A stretch of DNA of 63,667 nucleotides, filler included, from Octopus bimaculoides (taxonomy: Eukaryota), in the NCBI RefSeq assembly GCF_001194135.2. It is 6 parts of 6 records of this genome, joined end to end, with 100 filler letters (N's around TTAATTAATTAA, not from the genome) between each part and the next. Parts side by side here need not be neighbours in the genome. Positions count along the whole stretch, not along the records: positions 23,922 to 49,869 come from NC_068988.1; 5 more parts are not named here. One strand, given 5' to 3'. The first letter of the stretch is position 1; each line of letters opens with the position of its first letter. Position numbers and translations under genes: made by a program. Below are positions 28,557 through 42,065 of the stretch, piece by piece. Under the pieces are notes generated by a model. That model had not been told where the DNA came from. It made no database searches and saw only the letters and a program-made list of their open reading frames with translations.

Positions 28557-31061
28557 CACAACACACACACAACACAACACACACACAACACAACACACAC
28601 ACATACACACATTTTTTTAGGTCTTCTACCCATCTGAATTCGGCCATGTACCAGATAACATGTTAAGTCTTATGTTCCGAAATTTAAATTTTGAATTTGT
28701 TTTAATAATACAACTACACCACACGTAAAAAATATCTGAATTTCGAATACGGCGTTTTCATTCTCTTTCTATATGTTTTGTTAAGTTACAATTTCTCTGT
28801 TTTGGTCAGGATTTTCCAAATTTCTCTTTTCTTGTATCAAGTAATGGACGAAGGCATTTAGAAAAAGAATTAAATTCATATAGCCGAACAAAATCAAAAA
28901 TATTAATTCTATTTTTCCCTTTCCTTAATACTAACGAGAGTATAACATGAAATAGATTTTGCTGATATTTCCAACAAATTCAAGAATCACAGAGAGTTGT
29001 TAAAGTTGCTCATTTGTTGATATATATAAGTAAATAATACTAAAAGACACACTAACGTACACACACAAAAACATATATATGTATATATTCATGTATGTGC
29101 GTATATATATGCACATACCGGAGTAAAAGAAAAAGAATGAGTTCCTATTTGTTGTGGTACAAATGCCCCGTATTTCAAAATAAATTCGCTTTCCAAGTAC
29201 ATTGTCTATTTGATATTATTACATTTCTGCAAGCGAACATTTAGTAATCATGTATGCATTTCAACCGATTGTCGAGTGGTGTAGATTGTCGGGTAGTCTT
29301 CATTCACAACGCTATATCGATCGATAATCGGTTTCAAAAAAAAATCGACGAATATTTCGTTAAGTTTCAGTAATGTCGACTGAAATGTTAGCATGATTTT
29401 AGTTTAGTGGAGGTGATTATGTGGTGGGTATGGAGGCCATCGCTTTAAATTCTGTGAAGTGTGTAATTTCTCTCCTTCTCTCCCTCTTGGAAAGAGAAGG
29501 AATAGACTTCTCTTTTCTCAGTTTATTGAGATAAATAAATGTTCACTGAATGAACAGCATCAAAGGTGAACGGTTAAACTAGTTTCGAAATTTTAAACTG
29601 GACAGAAAAAAAAAAAATTATTGAGCAAAAAAGATAATAATCGAATCTGTAATTGTTTAACATCATGAATGGAAGCAACTCTTTAACTGAAATGTAGATA
29701 AACAAAGAAATAAGTAAATAAATGAATGAATAAACATGAAAAGAATATACAAAAGAATGAATAGATAAACTAATGGGAAAGTATAATAAATGAAAATGTT
29801 AAAAATTAAAGGAATTCTCTGCATGTACATCCATTATCAAAATAAATACATTACGTCTCACATTATACAAGTCAGTCATACGGAAAACAAAAGAGAACTG
29901 GAATGAAAATAAAGATATTTTTATTTATAGATTTGGTTTATAATTCATTTCATTCTTTTGTTTTTTTTTATATTAGATATTTTATCAGCGCTTCCAGTGA
30001 TTATATTGTTTAAGCTACTGAACATACCCAATGGTTTGTTTCGATAACAAAACATAATTCAATTATGCTTTCAATAATTAATCATTGGTTTTTGCAATTT
30101 ATTATTTTTCTTAATTCTATTTTACAACTTTAAAATATAACTGCATATTTTATTTCTTTGATAGCTAATATTTCTATGGAATTTTTGTACTAAAATATTG
30201 CTAATATAACCTAAGAGATCACGTAAGATTATAAATGACTCATGTCAGATTCAAAACTCTATTTGATCTTGACTCATATCTGTGCTGTGTGTTTTATTAT
30301 CTTTTACGAAAGAAATAATACTGGATTGAATAACTTTATTTGGATAAAATGCCAAGGCTGTAAAGAGACTCACTCAAGTGTCTCATTAAATGTTCCTGCC
30401 TTACCCAAATTTCAGGAATATTCGCAATTCGCTTCAACAATATTTTTCCTTTCATAACTTTTGTAAATAACCGGCAGTGAATCCGTCGATTATAATTTTC
30501 CCTGTTTCAAAGGTTATTTGGAAAATTATGAAAGTTATTGCTTCCTATTTCCTCTTTCCTTTAAATCTACAGCATTTATGCTACTACAGAGAAAAAAGCA
30601 AGTTTCCATCGTATTTCTTCATATTCATGTATATATTGTTAGGTCGTTTTATCCTTTCATATCTTAACACACACTTTATCCATTACTCTTTCTTAATTCA
30701 TTTAGGACTTCAATAGTCTGGAAAATGGTACCGTTATGAGTCCATTTGTTTCATAACTATATAACAGAGCTATTTTAGGTTGTGTAATTAAATGTCGTCT
30801 GGAAGATAATCGGAATTGTAGCTATAATATACTACAACGCAGTATTCTTAACGTTAATATTTTGGAATTCAATTCCCTCTCAGAATAAAAAAGGCCATTC
30901 TAAAAGTTCCAACTTTGAGCTCCGTGCTAGTAACTAACTCAAAACATTTCCCCATAAATACATGTTTTCTCTTAATGCAGTGGTAACTGTGTAAACACCT
31001 GTGAGCTATGATGTTATTGTTATGTCTCAAGCTACTGCTATCTAGCACCTTCGGATGATCT

Positions 31062-31183
31062 CTACTCAACCGCTACACAACTGCTACTCGACTGCTACTC
31101 GACTGCTACTCGACTGCTACTCGACTGCTACTCAATAGCTACTCGACTGCTACTCAAACAGCTACTCGACTGCTACTCAACAC
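31062..31183. repeat. 11-bp minisatellite (CTACTCGACTG), 11 units
   Basis: Units counted directly; six are exact. Confidence 0.95.
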
Positions 31184-33369
31184 ACCTACCACGGCCAGAC
31201 TACCTCCATTTATATGTCTTTGGAGATCCTACTTCGTCTGGGGTCGACACAACAGTTATAGTGAACTGAATTTTGAACTCAAAGAAATAAAGTACTAGTT
31301 CAGACATTCTATACGAATATCTAAAGCCGATCTGTTGTTATTCCATCATTTGACACTTAGTTTTACATGCGCAGTTTTATAGTTCTATGCAATTGTAAAC
31401 ATATCTACTGGAGAGAAATTCCATCTGTAACAGATTTACCGTATAGCCGTACATTTCAAAGTAGAACAAAACATCTTCGCAATGGGTATTTAAGGAATGA
31501 AACAAAATGTAGTACTGTAAACCGCTCATTTGCTGCTGCTTAAAATCACTACTTCAACATCCCCCAAAAATTAGAACAAAATTTTGCCAAGTTAATTCAA
31601 ACTTTTCTTTCAAGGAGTCATTTATTTCATTTTGCCTTAGGTAGGCAAACAATATTCTAATGTTGGCGTCTTGTGATTTATTTTCCCTTTGGTTCATGAT
31701 ATCAAGGGCACGCAGCAGTCGTAGTGGCTAGTTATATAGACTTATTTAGATATCATTAGTCACATGCTTCATCTCAAACTTTTGAACGAAATAAATTATA
31801 ATTAGATTGGACAGCATTCATGCTTTGAATTTATGAACTGAAATCTTATAACCAAATTGATCCGTTGTTATTTTATCACTGAATTACGAAGAATCTTTCA
31901 CATCTTATCATTTCATCTATCTGAAAGTAGAGAAATTATGAACAATGATGAAAAATGTTCTTTGAAGTGTATTGATAATCAATTAAATACGATACTTTGC
32001 AATGACTTTTATCGGGGTTTAATGCCTTGTGGCACACCAAAGCGAACTGTACAGCAAAAGAATGCATGATTTCAATGAAGCAAAATTCTTACTTCTGCCA
32101 TAATCAAAATTCGATATGCAACTTTACATAATTAAAGGATAAATTTAGCATTTATACTTAATTTTCATATTATTACTTAGCTAAAACTATCTATATTCAG
32201 GAATTGTATGAATTTTTTGTATGACTAGAGAGTAACCTACTGAGTAGCTGGGTAATTACAGATAATCATGGATATATTATTAAATTTCCATCTCAAAGTC
32301 TTTCTGAGAATTTCAACTTTGCATTGCACATTAACAAATAAGAAATAGATATGCAGCTGCTACTAACAATATATTGTATTGAATACGTAAACATTAGTTT
32401 CGTCTTGTACGGAACAATTTGGAAAACAGATAGGAATGGTAAAATGTTTTGTTAATACGCTTGTATACTATTGATTCGGTCAATAGTGACTCATCCCATA
32501 CTGAAGTAACACAATGTTGCATAAACTATTGTAATACAGCGTGTGTTGAACTAAAACCTAATTCAATAAGAGCATAATATTCAAAACAGTCAGGTTTTGT
32601 GTTTCTTTATAATCTAAAACACCCCAGTATTAAGGAGTGGGCGCATTAAAAACAGTATTTTGTCTATAGAATATTCTGATGCATACTGTTTTTATTCATG
32701 TTACTTGCTTCCAATTTAGTCCTGATCAAAAGAACTTCAGTTGTGACATCCTAGCTATTTATATATCAGTGCTCTGAGGGAGATTTGGCTACTATTCCAG
32801 CTATTTAATATCTAGAGGTTTTATACTATATTGTTCTAATAAAGAATATTTTCATTACAATGCGCAAAATATCCCTGCCACTATGAATTATTTAACCGTT
32901 TCTCAGGCAACGTTTATTATAATAAGTTGTCTGTTATTGCTTATGCCAGTATATAACCTATATCACTTTCTAATGACATATCGACTTAAAGATGTGACTG
33001 AACATTTTGACACCTAATTTGATATATTATATCGTTTCCCTTTGCTGCTGCTGCAAATCAAAATTTGAATAATTTCCAGGACGTAACTGAAGTGGTCAGG
33101 TGACATGAATTTAGTTGGTGGTGATATAGTGAATGACATGCAAAAAAAGAAGTAAATGATAAAAGAATCGTCATGTTATGCTTTGCAAGAGAAAGAAATA
33201 AAACCCTTTGAGTTGCAATAAGTTGTCTTAAAGAAGGAGAAGAAAATTTCAAGAAATCAAAGGAATTGTTGAGATTAATTTTATTGAAAAAGATAATTGC
33301 AGCTTCTTGTGTGATTAAAGCATTCACGCATAAGAATATAAACACATTTAAATGCACAAGTCTTTGTCT

Positions 33370-33725
33370 TCTGTCTTCAGCCCTCACCTACAAGTGGATA
33401 CATAGGGGTATTGAAAAACTGCCTATCAGTGTTCTCACTCAAAGCCGTTGTTTGCCACACCTATCGTGTCTGCTGAGGATTTACTCTTGGATTCACTAAT
33501 GTTGTCTGCCCATCTTTTCTTCTTCTTCACTTTTCATGATGCATTAAGGAATGGTGTTTGAAACGCTATTGGATCTTGTTATATAGCGATGGCATTTTCG
33601 CATTCTTTTCCTTACAGTTGTGAGAAGATTTTTATGGAATCGAATGTTTCGCAAACCTGATTACTCGTATTGTGGTTCGAGTAGGAAATACCGAAACTGA
33701 CACAGGCAGTATTTCCTTACTAATG
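33370..33725 (-). pseudogene. RTE-clade LINE 3' end
   Basis: Minus strand NLLTTVRKRMRK..HRYITRSNSVSNTI.., KKKRWADNISE. Confidence 0.75.
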
Positions 33726-34629
33726 TATGTGTCTTCCTCTGAATGTCTGCTGTATGAGTGCATGTCTCGCATGCGTACTGGAAATGGGATGTGCACGCAG
33801 TGGTTTCATTTCGTTGCTCATAGGTATTTTGTTATCTTCCCATATTGGTTTAGATTCAGTTAGTGCAGTCACTGTGTGTGTCGTTCTTATGTACATTGTT
33901 TGTGGTGTCATACATATATATAATCAATGGAATATTAAGCACAATACTTTCACGTGGAGTATAAATTTATTAGCTTGGAAGTTCCTTCTACCTTTTCCTT
34001 GTAAAAGGTGATGTATGCACATATCATCACATTTAATGTACATAAAATATACATCGCTATTGTATTTGCATGTAATACATTCATTTGTAACATAGGTATA
34101 GGTCAGAAACTTACAGCAGGGAAACTTTGAATGATCTGCCCTCAGGACGACTGATAATTTATTTTAACGACTTAAGAAGGATGAAAAGAAAGATGACTTC
34201 CACTGCTTTTGAACTCCAAGCGTAAAACACCATAAAAGAATACTGCAGTATATATTCTCCAACGTACCTGAAAGTGTTCAGATGTATCACTTTCAATAAG
34301 TATTAATTAAGCTCAAGCGAATTTCATTCAGTTTTGAGTTATTTACGTGATTTTGTGAAACATATGAAAATAACAGCAACTTACTAAGCCTGTGCTTCGT
34401 CATGTCTGATGTTAATGTGGAAAAAACAAAAACTACGAGCCAGCTATCATTGTACGTTTACATACTTTTTAAAACTTCACACAATAAATATGCAAATACA
34501 CTTTCACGTACGGTTTTAAATGTCTGCGAATTTTTATATTTCGAAAACATATTTACCTTCACGATACAAATAATTGATCCAGCATTGTACATATTTACTT
34601 ACAGGTTCATCTGTCTAATAATCTATCTG

Positions 34630-34710
<81 letters not shown>

Positions 34711-35421
34711 ATAATTTATATAAGGGCATTAACTATATAGTAACTATATAGTAATGCCTCACGCTCAGAGGGACTAAATAAGTCAAAAACTACCGAAAGC
34801 GAGGAAATGCAGCTTTCAAAATTAATCTCTTAAAAACATTTAACTTAATGGTAAACCACTGGTTTCTCAATCAATACAGAAAAACTGTGAATAAACCTGC
34901 ATCTTTTGTTCATCAGTACACGTATGGTCGAGACACATAAAAATAAACAAGAATCAACATACCACGATGTACCCAACACAGTACGATGATTTCTGTTCAT
35001 AATTATATATCCGTGAAAGAGATTTGAATTTATCCGGNNNNNNNNNNNNTATCCGGTTGCATCTCAGTAACATGTGCTTATACAGAATAATATTCAGCAC
35101 TGAATATATTCTAATTATTTATAATATAATATAGGATAAATTCTTTCTAAGAATTTATCAGGTAGTCAGCGTGAAAAAACCTCATAATGAAAAAAACTCA
35201 TCATTTTTTTCATAAATATATATAATTTATATAAGGGCATTAACTATATAGTAACTATATAGCAATGCCTCACGCTCAGAGGGACTAAATCAGTAAAAAA
35301 ACTACCAAAAAATAAGCAACATATTTACCGAAAGCGAGGAAATGCAGCTTTCAAAATTAATCTCTTAAACACATTTAACTTAACGGTAAACCACTGCTTT
35401 CTCAATCAATACAGAAAAACT
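34711..35421 (-). mobile_element. Partial-tandem (period about 510 bp) PLE-like non-autonomous element
   Basis: 34711-34886 repeated at 35223-35421; contains a hammerhead-like motif; no ORF. Confidence 0.55.
34851..34919 (-). ncRNA. Type-I hammerhead ribozyme-like motif (GUU site, long stem II)
   Basis: GTA CTGATGA A CAA AAG ATGCAG..CTGTAT TGA TTG A GAAA CC AGT GG T T TAC; stems I, II and III all pair. Confidence 0.6.
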
Positions 35422-36497
35422 ATCTATCTATCTAACTATCTCTATCTATTTATCTATCTATCTATTTCTATAGTATGCATGTAAATGTATGTATGTGTGT
35501 GTGTCCATATGTATGAAGGTATCTGTATATGTATGTGTGTGTATATGCATGTGTGTATGCGTGTATGTGGTCGTGTATGTATGTTACAGAAACCTGCGAA
35601 ACTTTGTTGGAACTGAATCCATTTCGGCTGTTGAACTTTAGCAGATTTATAAGAAAAGAAATCCATGCTCGTCTTGGTGCTGACATTGTGGACTATATTA
35701 TCTACTAGAGCCTACGTTAATATATTAATGGTGTGTCGTTTGGGGAAGATTTGGATTTTATTGTTCACAGGTCAAGATACCACATAGTAGATCCTTCAGT
35801 TTAGGTCCTTTTGGTTTCGGTTTACATTTATGACAGTCACATAATAACATCTCCATGCAAATAACTTCACCTTCTCTAGTGAAATGATGGTAACAAAATA
35901 GTTTTAAATGGAAGATTTCAATCACAAGCAAGTGAATATTTAATCTAAAAATAGAGCAAAAGAAGCACTGGAACTATACAGGAAACTAAATACAGGAACT
36001 AGAGTACCGCATTATCCGTTGTACGTATAGAAGAGTTTAACATATTTCATGTGCATTTTAATACTCGAAGCTAAACGTATACGTATATCATGGATATATT
36101 TAGTTAGTGTATGAAACCTGCATATAATGTTTGATATCTTTCTCTCTTTCTCTCACGTCCCCACACACTCACTTCCACGCATACACAATCATATGCATGT
36201 GTTGCTGTTCTCCAACTATAAAACCATATTTGAAATTTTCTTTTGTATAAACAGAATAACGTAAGTGAAAATAAAATTGAAACAATGGATAATTCCTATT
36301 TTGATAACTCATTCAAGAGATGCAACTTTGATCCTGATAGCTTTGAAGGCACGTGGAAGCATGTAAAATTAATACACACGCATAGATACACAAACAGATG
36401 AGAATACATACACACATACACATATACATACATATATATCTATATAAGCAGGTTTGGATTTACAAACGATAGAAAGAATTGATCAAAGCTGACCTAA

Positions 36498-36580
<83 letters not shown>

Positions 36581-36939
36581 NNNNNNNNNNNNNNNNNNNN
36601 NNNNNNNNNNNNNNNNNNNNNNNNNNNNNNNNNNNNNNNNNNNNNNNNNNNNNNNNNNNNNNNNNNNNNNNNNNNNNNNNNNNNNNNNNNNNNNNNNNNN
36701 NNNNNNNNNNNNNNNNNNNNNNNNNNNNNNNNNNNNNNNNNNNNNNNNNNNNNNNNNNNNNNNNNNNNNNNNNNNNNNNNNNNNNNNNNNNNNNNNNNNN
36801 NNNNNNNNNNNNNNNNNNNNNNNNNNNNNNNNNNNNNNNNNNNNNNNNATATATATATATATATATATACATTTAATAAAATTAAACAACAAAACCAAGG
36901 TTGTGTAGAACTTTCAGGATATTTATACAGAGAACGTTA

Positions 36940-36987
36940 GTCTTACAGGTGTTTCTGAGATATTAAGGAGATCCCTTCATCAGCGAC
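36940..36987 (-). ncRNA. Minimal type-I hammerhead ribozyme-like motif, degenerate
   Basis: GTCG CTGATGA A GGGAT CTCCTTAAT ATCTC A GAAA CACCTG TA AGAC. Confidence 0.65.
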
Positions 36988-37875
36988 GGTGTGAGATCTT
37001 TAAATAGAGGGAAATACTAGAGTTGAATAGTCATTTTAGAAAAGTAGGGAAATAAAGAGTATATAGGGAATGAATGAATGTAGAAATAAAATAAAAATAA
37101 AAATATGTAAAGTTCTTATAGTTACATTTTCATTATCCAAGGAAAGTGGTGTGTAGATGTGGTAGAAATGCTTAGTGTCCGTGGTATGTAAATTCCAGTA
37201 GGAGTTCATATTTTGTCATTACAAATTGAAAGTGTGGAGATGTAGATTCCATGTAGTGCTCATTCAAAGTGTGAATGAAAATTTAAGAATGTAGTGGTAG
37301 TATTAAGTGGATAGAAAGGTTAGAAGAGATGTGTATGTAAACATGAGGAAAGAGGTCAAAATAAAAGGTGAGAAAAGAAGAAGGGAGAAAGAGGAAGAAA
37401 AAATGAATACAAGAAGAGAAAATGATTAGAAATGAATGTTATAAAGTGAAAAAAGTGAAAAACATGAGTATCAGTTGGTAGTCAAGATTTTATGAGGGGG
37501 ATGGGAGAGGAGTACGGGAAGTGTAGGAAGAGATAAGAATATAATTAATGAATATATGTCAGGTATGTTAGGTGGGGTGATATATTAGAATGGCATTAAG
37601 GGATGGATACAGAAAAAGGTGGAGGAGCTGAGTTTCTAAATTGAGTAGTAAACCTCAAAACGGAATGCAAGAATACTAGGAAAGGTCAGTCACTACATTC
37701 GAGTAGAAAACCTCAAAACGCAAAGGATGAATACTAAGAGTGCTCAACCACTACATTCCCAAATGTTCTTTGAATGAACAGCACATTTCCCTATATACTC
37801 CTTATTGCCTTCTTTTTCCAACATAACTCCTTATATTGAACTTTAATATTTCCCTCTATTTGACCATCCCACATC

Positions 37876-37923
37876 GTCTCTAATGAAGAGATATCCCTAA
37901 TATCCTAGAAACAGCTGTAAAAC
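37876..37923 (+). ncRNA. Minimal type-I hammerhead ribozyme-like motif, core G5>A
   Basis: GTCT CTAATGA A GAGATAT CCCTA ATATCCT A GAAA CAGCTG TA AAAC; palindromic stem III ACAGCTGT. Confidence 0.6.
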
Positions 37924-38151
37924 TAACTTCCTCTTTATAAATGCTCTGAAAATTCCACACAGCCTTAGCTTTGTTGTCTCATTTTATTTAACATATACAT
38001 GCTCATACATGACCCGCATTAGATTCCTCACTCGTATCATTATCGAACCTAGAGTTTAACTACTGTCCTTTCATAGTACTTACAGAGCGTTACCTGTCAC
38101 CTTGGGTCTTCTGGATACCAATACCTCTCATATATTTATATACATATATAT

Positions 38152-38202
<51 letters not shown>

Positions 38203-38234
38203 NNNNNNNNNNTATATGTGTGTGTATGTGTGTA

Positions 38235-38267
<33 letters not shown>

Positions 38268-39244
38268 ATACATGTGCGTATATGTATAATTATGCACATA
38301 CGCACATTCTTATATTTATATATGTATATGTATTCTGCTTCATATATTTGTGTGGTGACAATTTGGTTCTCAAACACATTAGACCAGGTCCATGTTCAAG
38401 ATTTCTTCTGCGTGGCACCTTGGGTAGGTATCATCTAGCCTTGTGAGTGGACATACAATACGGAAGCTGAAAGAAACCGCAGAATATATATTTATATACA
38501 GATGTTTATGAGTGTGTCTTTGTGCTTTTCCTACGCAACAGATTGACAACTGGTTTGACTTGTGTATGTAGCTGTATATGGGCGGTTTGAAATAAGGGCT
38601 CGATAGATTAAGACTTAAAAAAATGAAGTACTATAGCCGATGAGTTCGATTAATAACAGTCAGAGTTGTGTCTGAGGATGGTCGTATCCCTAAGAATTAC
38701 ATGCATTTGTTGCTTATCAAGAAAGTATACTCTTCACCTTATTTCTGTTGGCGATAGTTTGCATTGTTAATCATACTAAACAAACTAATTTAGTTCTTGC
38801 CTTAATTTTTTAGATGTAATTCTCATTATTTTAAACTTATATATTCAGAATAGGTTTTTCATCTTTGCTCATTGAACTAAAACTTTTCAGCCTTGTATAC
38901 TCTAGCATTCATCGGTTGCTGGTGATATGGCAGGAAAGTAAATTAGGACGTGGGTACACTAGAAGAAATATGTTGGCTTACTCCGCTTACATCACTGTGT
39001 AACAATTTGGTTCTTTCCAAATATAACTGTTTTATAACTAACTATGAGTTACTATTATTTATGTGGCCGTATTGAGTAATCAGCCTCCAATTAGCTTTAA
39101 CAAAAGCTGAAACTAACAGGATTGTTCTCTTCTAGGACTAGAAAAAAAATCAAATGAAATTTCTCCATTAATATCGATGTTTTCTTTTATATCTACATTA
39201 AACATATTTACTGGAAACACATCGCTTTCCCTTTCCTCTCACCT

Positions 39245-39291
<47 letters not shown>

Positions 39292-39500
39292 TATATATAT
39301 TCTCGCACAAACATACATAAAGACAAATCCTGACTTGGCTAGGTACACGAAACTATTTTTTGTGAAGATGTAATTACTAAGGTGTCAGGTTTGTAGCTTT
39401 ATTTACTTAGATTCTACATGTTCGTGTTAGTTGAATCATTACCATTTTACAAACACCATGCTCTTTCTTGGGATTTTGCATTTATTCACTNNNNNNNNNN

Positions 39501-39536
<36 letters not shown>

Positions 39537-41069
39537 GTGTGTGTATAGTGAATTCCACATCACACTGGAAAAGTCCCTCCGTTGGATTTTTTTTAGCCTA
39601 CAATGGGCCGTGGATTACATGCAACAATATACTCTTCTGTGATCTTACGTATACCTTGAATATATTTCGTGTATACTTATGGATGTATGCATAACTGGAA
39701 TGACAAATACTTGTATACTTTAGTAAGTACGTGAGCATCCGTACAGACTATTCATGCACGGATATGCTGTCCCGTGACTCTACGTTGGTGTTTAAAATAC
39801 CTCGATTTTATTGGATTCTCTGGCACCGTTTAATACAATCTCCCATAAAAATGCATTAGAAGTTTGTAAAGTTTTGAAGTTTTAATGCTCTCTGCGGTGT
39901 AATAGCAACTGCACGTTCTCCTGATAAACTACCCCTCTTACGGAACCTTTACACACATTGATATGAATATAACAGATAGACACCCGCATATATATATATG
40001 TATATATATTCATATATATGTATATATGTATATATANNNNNNNNNNNNNNNNNNNNNNNNNNNNNNNNNNNNNNNNNNNNNNNNNNNNNNNNNNNNNNNN
40101 NNNNNNNNNNNNNNNNNNNNNNNNNNNNNNNNNNNNNNNNNNNNNNNNNNNNNNNNNNNNNNNNNNNNNNNNNNNNNNNNNNNNNNNNNNNNNNNNNNNN
40201 NNNNNNNNNNNNNNNNNNNNNNNNNNNNNNNNNNNNNNNNNNNNNNNNNNNNNNNNNNNNNNNNNNNNNNNNNNNNNNNNNNNNNNNNNNNNNNNNNNNN
40301 NNNNNNNNNNNNNNNNNNNNNNNNNNNNNNNNNNNNNNNNNNNNNNNNNNNNNNNNNNNNNNNNNNNNNNNNNNNNNNNNNNNNNNNNNNNNNNNNNNNN
40401 NNNNNNNNNNNNNNNNNNAAAACCACAATAAATTATTGTGGTTTTAGAGTCAGGATTTGACTGCTATTTTTTCAGCATGGTGGTATCTCTTGATACCCTG
40501 TATTATAATTTTAATTATATATATATATATATGTGTATGTATATATATGCATGCATTGCTGTGTTATTGAGTGACAGCATACTCGAATAAATATTTGTGT
40601 TTGCCTGGGCACGGATAAGAGCATAGACATTCTCATAATTTTGTAGTTCGTGTTTCTTTTGCGTCGCTCGAGGCACGAGAAGTTACAATGTAAATTGAGT
40701 ATTTCAAAAGAATTTCACTTAGAAGTTCATTCATTCTTTGTGTCAAAATGTTCTGGCATTATTTTTCTTTGCTTATTTACCAACATCGTGCTTCCTTCCT
40801 TCCAGCCGGAATGCCTGCCTGCATTCATTTCTTATAATTCCCTTTCTTTCTTTCTTTCTTGTGTGCGCATGTGTGTGTGGATATATATGTATGTTTGCAT
40901 TATGTACATGTATGTATTTATGTATAGATGTAAGCATACATTAATAAATTTACATTCATACATTTGCAGAGTCATATAGGATTAACACTCCCACTGAAAA
41001 AGATTCTCCACGTACAGGTGTGTATATTATTACTATTATTTTTTGTTTATCCTTGATCTGTATGTTTGT

Positions 41070-42040
41070 CACGATCACTTGCCGAGACACACCTCACATC
41101 CTGGGACGAGTGAAAGATAAAAGATGTTGCGGTGTTACCGAAAGCTTAGGGAAGAGGATTGGCAAGAGCAGTAACGAAATATCTTCATGTAATACAACAC
41201 AGACATTTAAATGGTTAGGGTTTTCTAAGGATGTCGGCAGTACTTGTCAGTACAGTCCGTTGGATTTCTCTGAGATGTGGTTCTCCTGGAATGATATCTA
41301 GGTGTTTCCGAATCCTTCCTTAACATACCTTGGGTACCCACAAAAACACTAACAGTTCTCGCTTTAGGTTGCCACGCCTTTGTATTTCAATTACCAGTTC
41401 CTTATAATTACTTGTGTTAAATTTCTTTACAGATATATCTTTATCGGTGGGAACACGTATATGTATTGGCCTACAAGTATTTTCTTCTGTGTCTTAAATA
41501 ATAATGTCTGGTTGATTAGCCTAGATTGTTCTGTCGGTGTTGACTGGGATCAGTGCCATGCAAAAGAGGAATAGGATGAGGGAGTCACCTATCAAGATGC
41601 CTCTTTTGATGTTGAACATGTTAGATTTGCGCAACTCATTACTATAGTTTAGAAGGAGACGTGTATCCCCCATGACCATGCTACCTTATAAGAATTTAGA
41701 GGCGACAGCAGAGCTCTTATATACATCAAGGCACTTGAGTAGTCAATTATGTGGGACATTATCAAACGCTTTCCTATAGTCTATCCATGCCATACTCAAG
41801 TTCTTTTTGTTCCGTCAAATCCCTACAATCATTTTACTTATGAGTAATTGATCTTTGCATCTATAAGAAATCTTCTTACAGCCTTTTTGAGCTTGTAGAA
41901 GGATAGATCACTCTTCAAGGAAAGCGTATATTCTGTCAGTTAATGTAGTGGTGAGGATATTGTAGGTGTTATGCGACATGTTATTGGTCAGTAGACTTTT
42001 TCCGTCTTCAGCTTTTGGTATAAGGTTCCTTCAGTCAGCC
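41070..42040 (-). pseudogene. Internally deleted R4/Dong-type LINE (RT N-half fused to RLE and 3'UTR)
   Basis: KGCKKISYRCKDQLLISKMI..KKNLSMAWIDYRKAFDNVPH..IKRGILIGDSLILFLFCMALIP joined directly to TDRTI*ANQPDIII.. Confidence 0.85.
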
Positions 42041-42065
42041 ATAATAATAATTATTATTATTATTC

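Larger units (their letters stand above)
36868..37998. mobile_element. Inverted pair of PLE-like terminal repeats (pLTRs)
   Basis: Reverse complement of 36868-37080 aligns to 37785-37998; further match 37260-37300 vs 37750-37785; each arm carries a hammerhead-like motif. Confidence 0.7.

Noticed and set aside
31062-31183. CRISPR-like array
   Set aside because: 11-bp head-to-tail units with no spacers; eukaryotic context.
33384-33620. Minus-strand exon ending at an AG|GTGAG donor
   Set aside because: The sequence is an RTE LINE 3' end.
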